Shown here: piece after piece, positions 11,173-24,449 of the stretch
Position numbering within the stretch: position 1 is the stretch's first letter
Layout: each line of letters begins with the position of its first letter
Source of the DNA: Fimicolochytrium jonesii
Lineage: Eukaryota
Direction of reading: 5' to 3'
Length of the DNA: 64,000 nucleotides
Assembly: GCF_025526975.1 (NCBI RefSeq)
Contig: NW_026515679.1
Coordinates: 310,001-374,000, forward strand
The notes under the pieces: generated by a model
Database searches by the model: none
The model's input: only the letters and a program-made list of their open reading frames with translations
Told to the model about the DNA's origin: nothing
Made by a program: the position numbers and the translations under genes

Positions 11173-12734
11173 ATGACCGATCACGTATCATCGGTGGCAG
11201 AGGAGGAGGCTGTGGTTGAGATGGTTACAGTGGATGAGGAAAGAGCGGAATCACCGGAGCCGATGGCCAAGGAAATGGATTCGCCACAGGTGAGTGAACC
11301 CTCGAGTGCAAACTGTGCGTCGTAGGAAAACGCTAAACGTCCTCCTTTCCCGACGCTCAGCTGATGCCGCAAGCCCAAGTGTACGACGAAGCCCTCGAAG
11401 ACGAAACCAATCAGCTCCTGTCGGAAATCTCAGCGACCCTAACCCGACCTACCCGAGCCCTCTCATGCCCCACCATCTCCACCGCCGCCACCGACCGCGG
11501 CCCGTCATCCGCGACATCCTCCACCACCTCTGGCTCGGAGTCTACACCGACCCCGACGGCCACGCCCACCAGCGCCACGACGACCCAAAACGCTATGCGG
11601 CTGGCTTTTGGGAGATGTTCCGCAGCAATGAGCTCTAAACAGAATCTGGAGCTGATTATGAACCAGGCGGCCCGGGTTAGGGACTCAGAGAGCGATGATG
11701 ATGAGTATGATGAAGAGGAGTTGAGGGAATTGGTGAAGGCGAGGGATCAGCAGATGGATATTCTTAATCGGGAGGTGAAGCAGGTTCGTTCTCTCGCTGT
11801 GCACCTCATCAGGCTTTGCCTCGAGATGCTCATTTTGCTGATGTTCCCTCACGCGCCTGGCAGTTGAAGACAACACAAGAATTCCTCCTCTCAAAACTCG
11901 AATCCCGCACAAACCAAGTGAACGAGCTCCGCTTCGCCAATAAGGCTCTCCGAGCCCTCAACCGCACCCTCCTCGCATCATCGGCCTCGTTCGATTCCGA
12001 TGGCCCCTCGCGTTCACGCACCACATCAGACGACATCATCGCTCGCGGCTCCGCGGACGTAAAGGTCGTCGACGTCTCCCCTGACAAGCCCAATGATGAA
12101 ACGGGAGAGGAGAAACACGATCTTGAAGGGTGCGACACCCCAGATTCCGGCATCGGATCGCTGGCAAACAGCGTCGCGCCGTCGCTGAACGCATCACCGC
12201 TGAGACGGCGGTCCGAGGAGTTGGATGCGAAGGTGGAGCGTATGGAGTGCCAGCAGATCATTTCCGGTAAATGTCCCCGCATCCGAGTCCTCCCTCTCAA
12301 TCCCACGGGAACTAACACACACCCCTTCTCATCGCCTACCAGACCTCCAAGACGAAATCGAAGCCCTCCTCCTCTACGCCAACAAACTCGCCACGCACAT
12401 CCTCTCCCACCCCGAGTCCCACTCCCCCAACGCCTCCCCCACACCAATGCCCAACCCCCTCCTGACAACCCTCCAATCCCTCCGTCTCCAAATCCCAGAC
12501 TCGCTGCGTAAACGCGCGTCCCTTGATGGGGTGTTTGGCGGGTTCTGGCCTGCCGCGAATAATGGTGAGAAAAGCAATAGGCCGTCGACGGCGGTGGGGT
12601 CGCCCCGTTTGGCGATGAAGGTTGGGAGAGAGGAAGTGGCGGCGCCCAGCTCGCCGGTGTCGCCGGGATGGTTTAGGAGGTTTGGCGGGTTTGGGGAGCA
12701 GCCGAGTAGTGCGCCCGTCGAGGTTTCGCGATAG
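11173..12734 (+). CDS. Hypothetical coiled-coil protein (multi-exon)
   Basis: Consecutive ORFs joined by GT-AG introns (~11290-11360, ~11784-11863, ~12268-12341); heptad-like segments LRELVKARDQQMDILNREVKQ / LESRTNQVNELRFANKALRALN. Confidence 0.55.
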
Positions 12735-13332
12735 TGTGACGGGGGCTTTTTTTTTTTGGCGCGGGCGTAGTGATGCGTTTTTTTCTGTGGATTACTGAGT
12801 GGTTTCTTCCTCATTATCCCCTGCGTATATATATTCTGTAAACCATAATACCCCTTTCATGTACTTTATGTTGTTAGTCGCTGCCTCTCAGTGTACGATA
12901 CACAAAATCCACGATACCCGTTTTACCATCGAGAGCTCAGATATGCAGAAGGGACATCACTCTATGCACAGCAATGCGACGTATGTTTCAAGGCAAGATT
13001 ATGGAATTGAATCCCCTAATCAAAGTACCTCCCTATCGCTACAGCTTGCATGTTCTATCCCTATTCCTGGTACTAAGTACCCCTGTTCCATGTGCTGAAG
13101 TTTCACTAACCCTATCCTAATGCTTTCTTGTCTATCACGTAGGTGTGTTTCTATGGGGTTGACGAAGGGTGGTGGTGTCTACATGAACACTACACCGAAG
13201 CGTCTCTGTTGACGTTAGGAGAAGAATGTGAAGGGATGGCGAATGAGATGCAAGATCGAGGCTCCGTGGAACGACGTTTCCCAGAATACACGCCATCCAA
13301 CCAACCCCCATCAACCTTCAACCACCCGCACG

Positions 13333-15096
13333 TCAAAACACCCTCGAGCCCGCATTTACCTGCAACCCGCGATACATCTCCATCCTCGCCATACTCGTCC
13401 TCAACAGATCCTTCACGGCCTCCATCTCCACACCACATCGCTGCCACTCGACGATCTCGCGGAAATAGGCGAGCCAGTGTTGGGATTGGACGAGGTGGGT
13501 GGGGTCCGTTGGCGGTGGTGGTGGTGTCGTGGGGGAAGAGGCGGAAGCGAGGGTGTGTTTGGTGAGGATCTGGGAGAGGAGTTCGGCGGTTTCGGGGTTC
13601 ATGCCTGCGGGGGGGAAGACGCTTAGGGCGGTGGTGAGGAAGTGGCGGGTGGGGAAGGCGAGGGGTGGTGGTGGGGAAGACGGTCGGGTGTTGGTTTCGG
13701 TTGCATCCCCTTCTGTATCGTCGGCGCCGTCCCCGGATGGCCAGGGGAGGGTAATGTCTGCTTCGGCTGGCGGTGCTGGCGGGATCGCGGTGTGGGCGGG
13801 GATATGGCGGCGGAAGATGAGGCGCAGACATTCGAGGACTACCGCGGATACGTCTCGTGGTGGTAATGGGTGGTAGGGTAGTTGCTCGTCATTGTCTGCC
13901 CTACCAGAAGTTGAGCCTTCACCTCCCGTGGACGGCGTCTGGTTTGTGATTTCCGAATGACGCCGGAGAGTAGCATTCCAATTGTACTCCTCCCTCGCCT
14001 CCTTCTCCGCGGCCCTGATCGCAAAGTTCACATCTAACCGGCTGGCCAAATGGTGTCCGCGATAATAGAGGATCGCAAACAGGTCCAAGAGCCGCTGAGC
14101 TGATAGTGCAAGATACTGCGCTTCCAAAAACATGCTCGTGCTTAGCTGGTTCAGGGTGATGCGGCACGACTCGAGGATCTTCAGTCGAGCGACGCGGAGG
14201 GACTCCTTACTGATACCCCTCCACATCGCGCGCTCCTCGCCTTCGAGTAACCCTAGCAATAATGTGCACACCCGCGTCAGGTTCTGCGGGCGGATCGCAT
14301 ATCGCGCCGATGTCCTGCTTACACTCCGGCAGGCCGCCAACAGGCTTTGCAGCACCGTCCCGGTCAAATGATTCGGCTGTGCGATGGTCTCCAACACATC
14401 CTCCTTCTGCGGGTCGTCGTCCACGGACTCTTCGATAGCAGCCAAGTTGGGGCACTGCAAGCTCATATCAAAGAAGATCGGGTGCGCACACACCGTCTGC
14501 CCGCGGTTCCGCTCCAACACCAACAACGCAAACAGGGCCGAATACGACCCTTTGAAGAAATCACATCCAGCTTCCGCAGGGTCGGACTGCTTATTCAGCG
14601 ACACGGTATAGTCAGCCCCGAAGTAGATCCGCCTCACATGCGCGGCATACGGCCAAAGCAGCGTTTTCGGGTCGTGGTTAAGGGTGTGCATGAGGGCCCG
14701 CAGCGCACGGACGGAACGCACTTCTGGGTGCCTGTAGGCGACTGGGATAGCGGCGCGAAACCAGCGGCGGCAGACGAGGAGGCAGGTGTAGACGTCTGCA
14801 GAGGGGAGGAAGCGGGCGAAGATATGGGAGAGGAGTTCGAGCGGGAGGGAATGGGTTGGTGAGGTCGGTGACGTTGCGGTGGCGGGTGTCGAAGGGAAGG
14901 CAGTCTCTTTTGGCTCATGTGGTGTGGCTGCAGGACGGTTCACGTCCGCTTCCGTCGTCCTGGGCACCCGCTCCTTCACATTGGCCAAACGCTCCGCCAG
15001 GCCAAAGTAGGCGGCAAGTAGCGCATGTTCCTCTCGACAGGGATGCTGACCCAGGCACACCGTTAACGCCCGGAATGTGGTTATAGCGCGCGACAT
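13333..15096 (-). CDS. F-box protein
   Basis: F-box motif HSLPLELLSHIFARFLPSADVYTCLLVCRRWFRAAIPVAYRHP in a long ORF; likely start MSRAITT at 15096. Confidence 0.8.
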   Translation of the reverse strand: MSRAITTFRALTVCLGQHPCREEHALLAAYFGLAERLANVKERVPRTTEADVNRPAATPHEPKETAFPSTPATATSPTSPTHSLPLELLSHIFARFLPSADVYTCLLVCRRWFRAAIPVAYRHPEVRSVRALRALMHTLNHDPKTLLWPYAAHVRRIYFGADYTVSLNKQSDPAEAGCDFFKGSYSALFALLVLERNRGQTVCAHPIFFDMSLQCPNLAAIEESVDDDPQKEDVLETIAQPNHLTGTVLQSLLAACRSVSRTSARYAIRPQNLTRVCTLLLGLLEGEERAMWRGISKESLRVARLKILESCRITLNQLSTSMFLEAQYLALSAQRLLDLFAILYYRGHHLASRLDVNFAIRAAEKEAREEYNWNATLRRHSEITNQTPSTGGEGSTSGRADNDEQLPYHPLPPRDVSAVVLECLRLIFRRHIPAHTAIPPAPPAEADITLPWPSGDGADDTEGDATETNTRPSSPPPPLAFPTRHFLTTALSVFPPAGMNPETAELLSQILTKHTLASASSPTTPPPPPTDPTHLVQSQHWLAYFREIVEWQRCGVEMEAVKDLLRTSMARMEMYRGLQVNAGSRVF

Positions 15097-16423
15097 CGGT
15101 GTGGTTATGTACTTCCTTTGAGAGGGGACTCGATTTTCGACGTGGAAGGAATGAGGTTCTTGAACTTGCAAGACCTCAGAAATGACGTAGACAACCTTTG
15201 AGAAAGGGTCAGAGTGGTGTTGGGTACCTGTCTGTTGAAGGAGACTTGTTGAGTGCAATGAAGTCAAAGTCAAAGTCAATGCGGCGTCTGGAGCCAGGTC
15301 TGGAGCCCCTTTCTTGCTGGGCGAAAAGACAAGACTGGCGAACGAGAGCGCGCGCGTGTTTGTTAACTTCCAAATTCGGCCCAGAATTCGGCCTACCCAG
15401 AATTGACCCAGAATGTCCTGCAAGGAACTCTGGTACATAACGCATACTACAGCACCCGATAACAGAGAGGGGAGACAGCGAGAGTTGCGGGAACTCTGGG
15501 GACATGTGGTGGAAGACATATGCTCGAGGGCTGATGAGACGTCGCGAAAACCATTGTCGTGAGGCCGAGAATTGAGGGATTTCTGGCATCAGTTATTCAT
15601 CTACTTTGCATAACCTCCTCCGACCCTGCCAGGCGCTCGGCAATGGAAGGACGATTCAACGGAAAGCATCACAGACGGTACTGGTGCAGGTCCGAGACGT
15701 GAAACGACGATGGCCACGATGACGACTGTGGAACTGCTCTAATCGCGAGATGCCTCCCTTCTGTCAGCACTATATGGTTGCTTTATCCAAGTGTGTGTGT
15801 ATTCTGAAGTCAGGGCACACACACTTGGACAAAGCACGAATTGCCACTCGTTCAGTAAGGAAAGCAACTGGATGTGGAACGGGCAGCTATGCGTCGCTTG
15901 GCCTTGAGAGGTTTACGAACGACTTGATCGTGAAACTAGAGCGATCGGGCCAGGGCTGTTACGCTCAAGTCGACTTCCGTTTTTGGCTCATGCTTCAGCT
16001 CTTTGACCCGGTCAGTGACAGAAAGCGGGGCTCATGAGGATGCGGGCTGATAGGCGGGAGGTAGCCAAACGAGTGTCGGGTATGATGTACGTGCTTGGAC
16101 TGCCGACGTGTCGGGACTCCACAAGCACATCTGCGCCGGCGACGGAGCCCGGACTCTGGACGCACCTGTGCCCAAGCAAAGCGGTGGGAATGGGCTAGAT
16201 AGGGTGGGAGCGGAGGTTAAGCGACTTGGCACGGCATGGGGACCTTGCCGAGAACGGATGATGCGACCACATTGGAATGGGTCACATAGGTAACATGGAT
16301 CATAGACAAACATACAATCTGCAGCGTTTACATGACCAGAACACTGCGGAATGGAGCGATGTTCAGTGGACACACCCATGTGTGGTTTGCGAAGTTCGCA
16401 GTGTATGGTCTGGGAGGATATAC

Positions 16424-16468
16424 TGTACTGATGAATGTACTGATGAATGTACTGATGAATGAATGTAA
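16424..16468. repeat. Short tandem repeat (TGTACTGATGAA)x~3
   Basis: tgtactgatgaa tgtactgatgaa tgtactgatgaa tgaatgta read directly. Confidence 0.8.
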
Positions 16469-16755
16469 ACCTAAACTGAGACGCGCCTTCCGAAGCTGCG
16501 TGTGATTAGAATCGAACTCGATCTTCAAACAAAACAAGCCGGCCCATCGCACGCATTGCTATTCATGCACGACACTGAGGAGGACACAAAACCTTCCCAA
16601 CTCACTCGTTCGCCGAATTGCAGACCTGGCCTTGGACACACATTAGGCATCTCCCACGCCGTCAAGGGTGCTCACAACAACAGTCTCATTCGCCTCATAG
16701 GGATTCCGCCACCGTTGGCTAGCATTCTGTGGATCGGCTCTAGAACAACGGCCAG

Positions 16756-17813
16756 ATGAACGGCGTTACTCGCTTAGCCGCTCTCGGCTCCAGGCGGGGA
16801 TTGCTAGGCGTTTCCGCACCAAGGACATTAGGCGCTCATCCGCTTCTGACACGGCGATATGGGTATGTATGAGTATTGGTATGGCTGGAGCGGCGGATGG
16901 TCATACGGCAGGAAAACGCCTTTGGGAAGGGTGTTCCTTTCGGGGTTGTGTCTGTGGGTTTCGACAAGGCCTGTGGACAAATCTGTGTTTACCCAGAACG
17001 TGCAGTTACGTGCAGTTGGCACACAGGATGAAGGAGAAGTCAGTCCCGGAGTCTCATGGTCTCGCTTGCCCACCTATCTAGGTATGACTCGAAGCAGAAA
17101 GCAGCTCCCGAACCGCTGAGGAAAACCGGCGTCGAATTGTGGAGTGAGAAGCAAGCGCCCGGCCAGGAGGCAAGCCCTATCCCAGAGCAGGACGCCGACG
17201 AGCTGTTCTCGCACCCTCTCTACACCCCACCGGCCAGGCCCCAAACCGGTATTGGCCCAGTCCAGGCTCCCTTGAAGTGGCCCGAGTGGGATCAGAGCCT
17301 ACCCTCCCACCAAGCGTCCGGTCTCCCGTCGCCCCCGACCTATTATGACGCCGGCTTCGACGACCCCGCGACGGCGCCCATCGGCGACTACCCACATGTC
17401 AAGCCCCAGTTCGCACTCTTGAGGAACCCGTTCGGCTACTGGGATCAGCAGGGTCGTCGCGACTATGGTGAAATTCTCTACGACCACGACCAGTTCACGG
17501 ACATTTGGTCGATTGGGCCTGAAGTTCACTGGTGGGAACCGTTCAAGCACGCTGCGCAGGTGCTGGCTGCGATCGCGGGGATGGGCGTCCTTGTGCACTG
17601 GTGGGACCCTGCTGAGCATCTGTGGTTTGCGGAGAAGGACTACCCGTATGATGGATTGAGGGTCGAGCTGGGTGGGGACCCCAATGACGAGAGCGACATC
17701 ACCACCAGGGTAAGCCTTTTCCAACGTTTGCTCTGTGAAGTCCCCGGCTCGGTGTTTACTCATCACACTCTTTTCTCATCATCACGTTATAGGCCAACAT
17801 ATACAAAATATGA
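16756..17813 (+). CDS. NDUFB8: Mitochondrial complex I subunit NDUFB8 (ASHI)
   Basis: Exon 1 is an Arg-rich presequence MNGVTRLAALGSRRGLLG...RRYG; intron 16863-17081; IGDYPHVKPQF...RNPFGYWDQQGRRDYGEIL, TM helix, KDYPYDGLRVELGG; last exon ANIYKI*. Confidence 0.85.
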
Positions 17814-18269
17814 ATTAGAAGTGAGCTCTGAGGAATCTGCATATACCAACGCTGAAATACATTATTTCTTCCAAAATTTATGCGTCGACTTTGCTATGTA
17901 CAATAATATACATCGCGGTGATGCCGTTCAGCGGGGAAGGGGGATCATCAGGGGACTCGGACTTGAAGCAGTCCAAAATATCAGATCACGGTGGCCCCCA
18001 GTGAGAGCCGAATCTCTTCTGTGATAAGGGCATGCTGCTAAGCTGTTCCGTATCCCCAAGAAGGCCGCGGTACACTTCATAAAGCGGAAAGTCCAGCTGC
18101 TAACCATGATGTCGCTTGAAGAGTAGCCGCACTCAGCGCTTGGCCTTCGAAGTTGGTAGAGACTTCTTGTTTGTGCGTCGTCCGCGGCATCAAACCCGAT
18201 ACCAGAAACCTCATCACCGCCCCCTCTTGACGCTCGTTTCTGCTCAGATGCCCGGAAAAAAGCGTCAGA

Positions 18270-19128
18270 TTCCCTATCATCACCTGCCCACTTTCTTCTT
18301 CTGCAAAATCTATGCCCGCATCACATTGCACATCCTATGAACCCCGATCGTACCTATCCGCTTCGTGTAGTCGTCCAACTCATTAACCACGGCCTCCATG
18401 CTCGACACCTGCCGCTCCAGGTCGAAGATCTGGTTGAGATATGTTTCCATTTCGGCATCTGCATCGAAAGGCAGACGCAATATGTTGTCAGATTTGATTC
18501 GTTTCAGATATATGCCCTCCGTGACAATGATTTTGGAACCACTCACATGTCCGCTGTACATTCCCCATTCCCGCCACCAATTCCTGCGCCGTTGCACTAT
18601 AATCAATGTACACATCCCTCGCCGCCGCCGTCATCTGCTGCAACACCGTCAAATCATCCACAGCCGCTAAAAGAAAGACGTCCAAATATCCATCAGCCCA
18701 TCACATCCTCCAATCTCAAACCAACGAATCGACAACCCCGCACTCGTACCCACAATCTCAGCCCTCAAATGCTCCGCAACCTTCCCCATCCCAATATCCA
18801 CCTGCGCTTCCGCCAGCCTCAGTAACCGCGACTGCGTCAGCGCCGTTGGGGAGAGCGATGTCGATCGGGGTGACACCGGCGGTTGCTGCTGCTGCTGCTG
18901 TTGCGAAACACCCAGCGACGTCTGTACCTGCATATTCCTCACGCCGCTCTCTGCGAAGGATGAGATGGAGGATGTGCTTTGGGAGTCATCGTTGAGGTCG
19001 AGGTCGGCGGAAAAGTCGGCGGCGAGGTCAGTTAGCGGGTCGTGGGAGGTGAGGGATGGGGCGACGGTGGAGGGGATGGAGTCTTTGCGGGGTGGGAGGG
19101 CTGGGGGGTCGGATGGTGGGGTTGACAT
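18270..19128 (-). CDS. BLOC-1 subunit 2-like coiled-coil protein (3' end uncertain)
   Basis: KVAEHLRAEI...LLQQM-like segment, YIDYSATAQELVAGM, AEMETYLNQIFDLERQVSSMEAVVNELDDYTKRI resembles BLOC1S2. Confidence 0.65.
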
Positions 19129-19505
19129 TGTGCGTAATGATCTTGACCGTCGGGATTTCGAGTTTGGCGGCGGGAAAAGACGCGGGGACCTACGCGCACT
19201 TTCTGAGACGGAATTCGAGGGCTGTCCCAGGTCAAGGAACACCTCCTTCAACGTCCAACAAGAAGGCGAAAGCGTTTCTGAGGTTAGATGAGATGCTGGA
19301 TATGCACATATTGAAATGACATTGGGTGAACTTTAAGTGGTACTTTACGAAAAATGGATGGGTAATACTACGGAGCGAAAATTATGGCGAATGAGGCGAA
19401 CGAAAGCCACATGTAACTAATGGGTGAGGGTTATTGAGGTCGCTCAAAGACAAATGAACTACATAGATCGCGCGGGGGAAGAACCATGTGGGGCATGAGC
19501 CGCCG

Positions 19506-22352
19506 TCACTCTAAATCATCCCAGGCGATATTCTCCAGCGCGCGTTGGTAGCTGGATAGCAGGTGATCATCGATCATGCGAAGGCTGACGTTAATTTCGG
19601 TAAACTGGTTTGGTATGCCTTTGACGAGGACGTGCTTGGGAATCGGAGCAGGTGGTGGGTCGGACGCAGCATCCTCCTCGGTCATCATGGGTGGGGCATC
19701 CGAGGTATCCGCAGGGCTTTCGGCCGAGGTTTCCGTGGCGCATTGTGGTTCCTCGGTTGCTACTTTGCTTTCGACAGCGACTCCAGCGGGTGCTGGCGCC
19801 GCAGCCCCACCCGTCGACGCGTTGATCGCCGCAACGAGATCCGCACCCTCGACGATCGGCTTTTCCGTCCGATGATGGGTGTGTTCCTCATACGCCGCCA
19901 TCGCCCCGCGAATGCTTAGCGTCCGTTCCTTAGGCGGGACCCATTCACGCAAGTAATACAGAGTCGCGGGCGTCATCAGCACCTTCATATCTCCCTCGTC
20001 GTCGTCCCACGCAGTACCGTCGCCGTCTTCGCCCGTGGTCACCCCCGCGCGGGCTTCCCCTGGGGCGTCTACAACGTCTGGCGGTAGTGGCGTTGAGCTC
20101 CTCCGCCGGCGATCGGGCGGCATTGGTGTTGAACTACGGCGTCGCCGGCGATCGGGAGACCTGGCAAGCCTTCGGTCGGGGGATAGGTTGCGAGGGTCGG
20201 TGCCAGTCGCTGATGCAGCATCTTCGAGATCTCGGTCGAGCTTCTCAGCCGTATGGAGCTTCCAACGCTTGTACCCGACCTGTCCCAGAACGGAGATACC
20301 AATTGAGAACAGGGTGAAGCGCAAGCTTCTTCGTCGGAACACAAGCCGCGACGCGAATGTTGCTGCTATGGTGATCATGGTAGAGGTTTCTCGAGCGTCC
20401 TGTGGTGGATCGTCAATGAACATCGCTTACAAACGCCCCGTCAAGCGAAGGTTCGTTACTCACCTCATACACTCCGCTCAACCATCTCGTTACAATGATT
20501 CGATGCCGCTTTATGAATGTCGGCTCGGGAGGCAGGATCCCGGACTGCTGCAACGACACTACGGCGTCACCCGCCGTCTCCACGACTTGTTCTGCAGCAG
20601 CCTGAGCGGTCGTTGACACGGCCACAGCGGAATCCCGTGCCACCGAACTGCAACAAAAGAAAGTTTGGTTGAGCCCCACATATTCAGTTTTGGGTTACAA
20701 AACCAAAACATCGAGTTACTTACGCAACGGTCACAACCGAATTCCGCACGCTGGTCACGACGGTGCTATCCCAGGCATTCAATAGGATCCTGGTCCTGGG
20801 GTTAGCTTCCAACGCGTCATACGCGCTCCGCATCTGCTTGTCCCATGCCTCATTGAACAGCTTGCGGTGTTGATTCTCCTCGCTGAACTTCTGAAGTTCT
20901 CGCAAAAGCCATATCAAGCTCTTCTCGCTCAACGTGGGCACGACGTCGTATCCCAGCACAAGGGAATCCACCACTTGCTCCGCCATGGTCGTTAGATCTT
21001 CTGTGCAGCATGCTGGGGTGGCGAAGCAGATCCCACGGACGGTCTTAAATCGCGTCCGGTACTTGGGTGAAGCAAACATGAGAGTCAGGAGCGATGCTAT
21101 GCCGGCGCCTAGACTGTGGCCCGTTATGAGGATATCGAAGTTCGGATGCTTCATTTGGAGTGCTGTCACTTGAATCAGAATGCGGTCCATCAACTTGTGA
21201 CATAGGTGTGCCATGCCCTGATGTGCATATCCTCCGAGGAATGGCTCGCAGTCCAATTTCAAATCGATAACTGCGTCGTGCAAGCTCGCTGTTCCCCTGA
21301 TGGCAATGACAATCTGTGAAAATACAACAGTGAGTTTGGACATTGGATGGTTGGCGCATCAGCAACACAGCACCAACATACCTTCCAGTTGTCGGGGTCG
21401 ACAGCAAGGAAGAACGCGGGACATTCGGCACTCGATTCAAAGACAGCATCTATGATCCATTCAGGGTTGCGGATCGTCGGACACTTCTCCATGATTTCCT
21501 CTTTACTCATATAGTATGCGGCGGTCGCAAAACTGATGCAGTACATGAATCTTTCTGCCCAAGAACGTGTGAGGCGCCCGAATCAGGACGAGATGCATCA
21601 ACGACAGCTTCGCGATCCTATGTCGGCGGTAACCGGCAACTTACCGTTCGTAGGGTTCGCGGTCGGTTACTCTAGGGAGACCAGCGAACGGATCGTTGTT
21701 CTCTCCATCTTTAGATTCGGACTCTTCCAATCGTTTCTGCAGATGATAATGGCAGTACATCCCGATGCAAAGCAATAGCTCTCCCATGTCCAGTGGCGGC
21801 ACCTGTGGTACCAGGGAAACATGCGTCAGCAACGGGAACTTCGCCAAGCTTCCCAAATGGCCACCATATGCGCACCTCGCTTGCGTTCCTTGACAAGACT
21901 CCCATCAACAACGCGGCAAGGTCTCCAAAGACCTCCACATCAAACGGCAGAACCTGCTTCACTCCGTCCGCCACAAGCTGAGCGCCCGCCGCCACCCCGC
22001 TCACAACAGCCTCCGACCCCGCCGCGGCAGCGTTCTCGACCTGCTGTGGCACTGTCGCCATGGTATTCGTCAAGAGGTCCGAGAGGCTTTTCGGTTTTGC
22101 CAAGTCCGGCGTTGGTAAGGCCCCTATCATCGTAGGAAGTCGTTGGAGGTCGACAGGCCGTTGGCTTTGTTGAACCTTTTCGAAGATTTTGTGGAGAGCT
22201 GCTGCTTGCGTGGCTTTCGCGCGGAATTGCTCCTTGCTCTCTTTCCGCGAGAGCTTTTTCTTTGAGACTGGGTCGTCGGCGGTTACGATGTCGCCGAGAA
22301 CGTCCTGGCTTTCTTCTGCCGGCCCCGTCGCTGGCTTCTCCTCTGACGACAT
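19506..22352 (-). CDS. Class 3 lipase (DAG-lipase-like), multi-exon
   Basis: IVIAIRGTASLHDAVIDL, GYAHQGM, ITGHSLGAGIASLL (GxSxG), FATPAC, GYDVVPTLS. Confidence 0.85.
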
Positions 22353-22594
22353 CTCCGCTGGTGTGGGTGTTATCGGGTCGAACGAGGGCAACAACTTCCT
22401 CGTGAATGACAACCGCGTCAAGCAACGCAGTCGTCACCTTCCACCATGCACTGGCCATCAGACACAAACGCAGTTTAACACCCTCGCCCAGCCTTCCCCT
22501 CCCCTCAATAACCTCAACCTAGACCGTTGCACAAACCCATAACAGCTTCAGCTTCACCCACACCCTCCCCACTGCCGACGACTCGAAAAAGGAA

Positions 22595-24449
22595 ATGGCA
22601 GAGCTCCGCAAACGACAACGCGCTACCTCAAAAAACGCTCAAGAACCATCCCCAGACGAACTCGAACGGCGCGCGCAGGTCCGTGCTGCTCGCCAACAGA
22701 AAAAGGACACTCTCGCTGCGACGCGAGGTCAGGATTTGGTTGAAAATGGTGCTTCGAAAGTGGGAGCTGCGGGGATTGCAGCGCCAGCAAAGACAATCCC
22801 CGCCAGGATGATGCTACCCGTCAAAGGCCATATCATCTCACCACCATCCCGCACGGCTCCACCCCTCAGGACACTTACCATAATGACATACAACATCCTC
22901 GCCCAGTGTCTGTGCAGGAGAGAATTGTTTCCTTATTGCAAGAAGGAGCATCTCAAATACAAAGCGAGGGTTCCGAGAGTTTTATATGAGATTACTCAGG
23001 ATTTGAAGCCGGATGTCGCCTGTCTGCAGGAGGTCGATAATTTTGATGAGATGGTTAAACCCGTGTTGGAGAGGGAGGGTTATGATTGGGAGTACTTGAG
23101 GAAGGTCAAGGAGAAGGAGAACGGTCATGGATTGTGTATCATTTGGAAGAAGAGCATGTGAGTATGCCAGAGCGGCCTTCGTTTGCGATGGGACTTCGAG
23201 CGAAGCGAGCTCGCTCCGCCCATCGCAGCCCAACATCCTCGTCGTGAGAGGCGAGCGCAGGGTATTGTGTTCATCATCGTTCATCGACGACTCACCTTCA
23301 TCCATGGACACTCATCATCCATCCCACACGGATTTAACACCACTCTCCCCTTAGCTTCTACAAACACGCCTCCCAGTCCCTCTTCTACGATACGTCTCCC
23401 CTCACACACCCCACCACCCTCACACCCCTCACCAACAACATCGCACAACTCCTCGCCTTAAAATTGCATCGGCCCGCTGGTGGTGTAGGAGGCATCCTGC
23501 TGAGCAACACGCATCTGTTCTGGAAGCCGTTTTTTAGATATGAGCGGTCGAGGCAAGGATGGGTTTTGATGGATGCTGTGGAGAGGTTTAGGAGGGAGCT
23601 TGTTGGGGCGGGTGGGAAGTGGCCGGGGTTTGTTTGTGGCGGTATGTTTTGGGGTTAGGGTTTTGTGACTTGGGTGGTTCTGGAAGTTTTACTGATTGCC
23701 GTTTTTCCACTGTGATAGATTTCAACACACTCCCCAACGATGGCCTCTACCGCGCACTCACCAAACAGCCGCTGACGGTGCAACAGATCGCTGACCTCGA
23801 ACCGCTGACTACATCATCACCACCACCAGCAAATCCAGCACCCGTATCACCGCCCTCACCCACATCGCCACCATCAGATCCCACGCCATCCCAAATCCTC
23901 ACCAACCTAAGCCATCTCCCCACCCTCCACAGCGCCTACTCAACCTACCGCGCCATCCACCCCACCCACCCCGGCTACTCTCCTGTCCTCTCCCCAGATG
24001 CCGCAAACACTGCGGATCATGCGAGTGCACAGGTGGAATGGGACGAACCACCCTACACGAACTACGCAGCCTGGAAAGGCACCTTGGACTATATCTTTCT
24101 TGTTGGTGAGGGTGGGGGAGGTGCCGAGGAGGGTGCCGGGGGTGAGGGTATAGGGGAGACAAGGGTGGAGGTAGAGAGTGTCTTGGAGGTATGTGTTTTG
24201 CCGGTTTTGGCTGGTGGTAAACGTTGGTGAGGCAGTGCTCTGACATCCACATTCCGACTGTTGCTTTGTTTTTTTTTAAAAGATTCCGCCGCCGGCGTTA
24301 CTGGAGCCGGGGTTACCTAATGATCATTTTGGGAGCGACCATGGTACGTGTGATTCCAGGGGACGGTTTTTGGGTTCGAAGGAATATTGATGCTTTCGAA
24401 TGTATGTATTTTCCTAGTTGCGCTTATGGCAAAGGTCACACTGTATTGA
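22595..24449 (+). CDS. EEP-family nuclease/phosphatase, Ngl/Angel/CCR4-like
   Basis: TYNILAQ, CLQEVD, SNTHLFW, GDFN across a splice, YTNY...GTLDYIF, GSDH. Confidence 0.88.

Noticed and set aside
15097..15519. N-terminal extension of the 728-aa F-box ORF
   Set aside because: Reads like 5' UTR with short repeats; MSRAITT at 15096 is the more plausible start.
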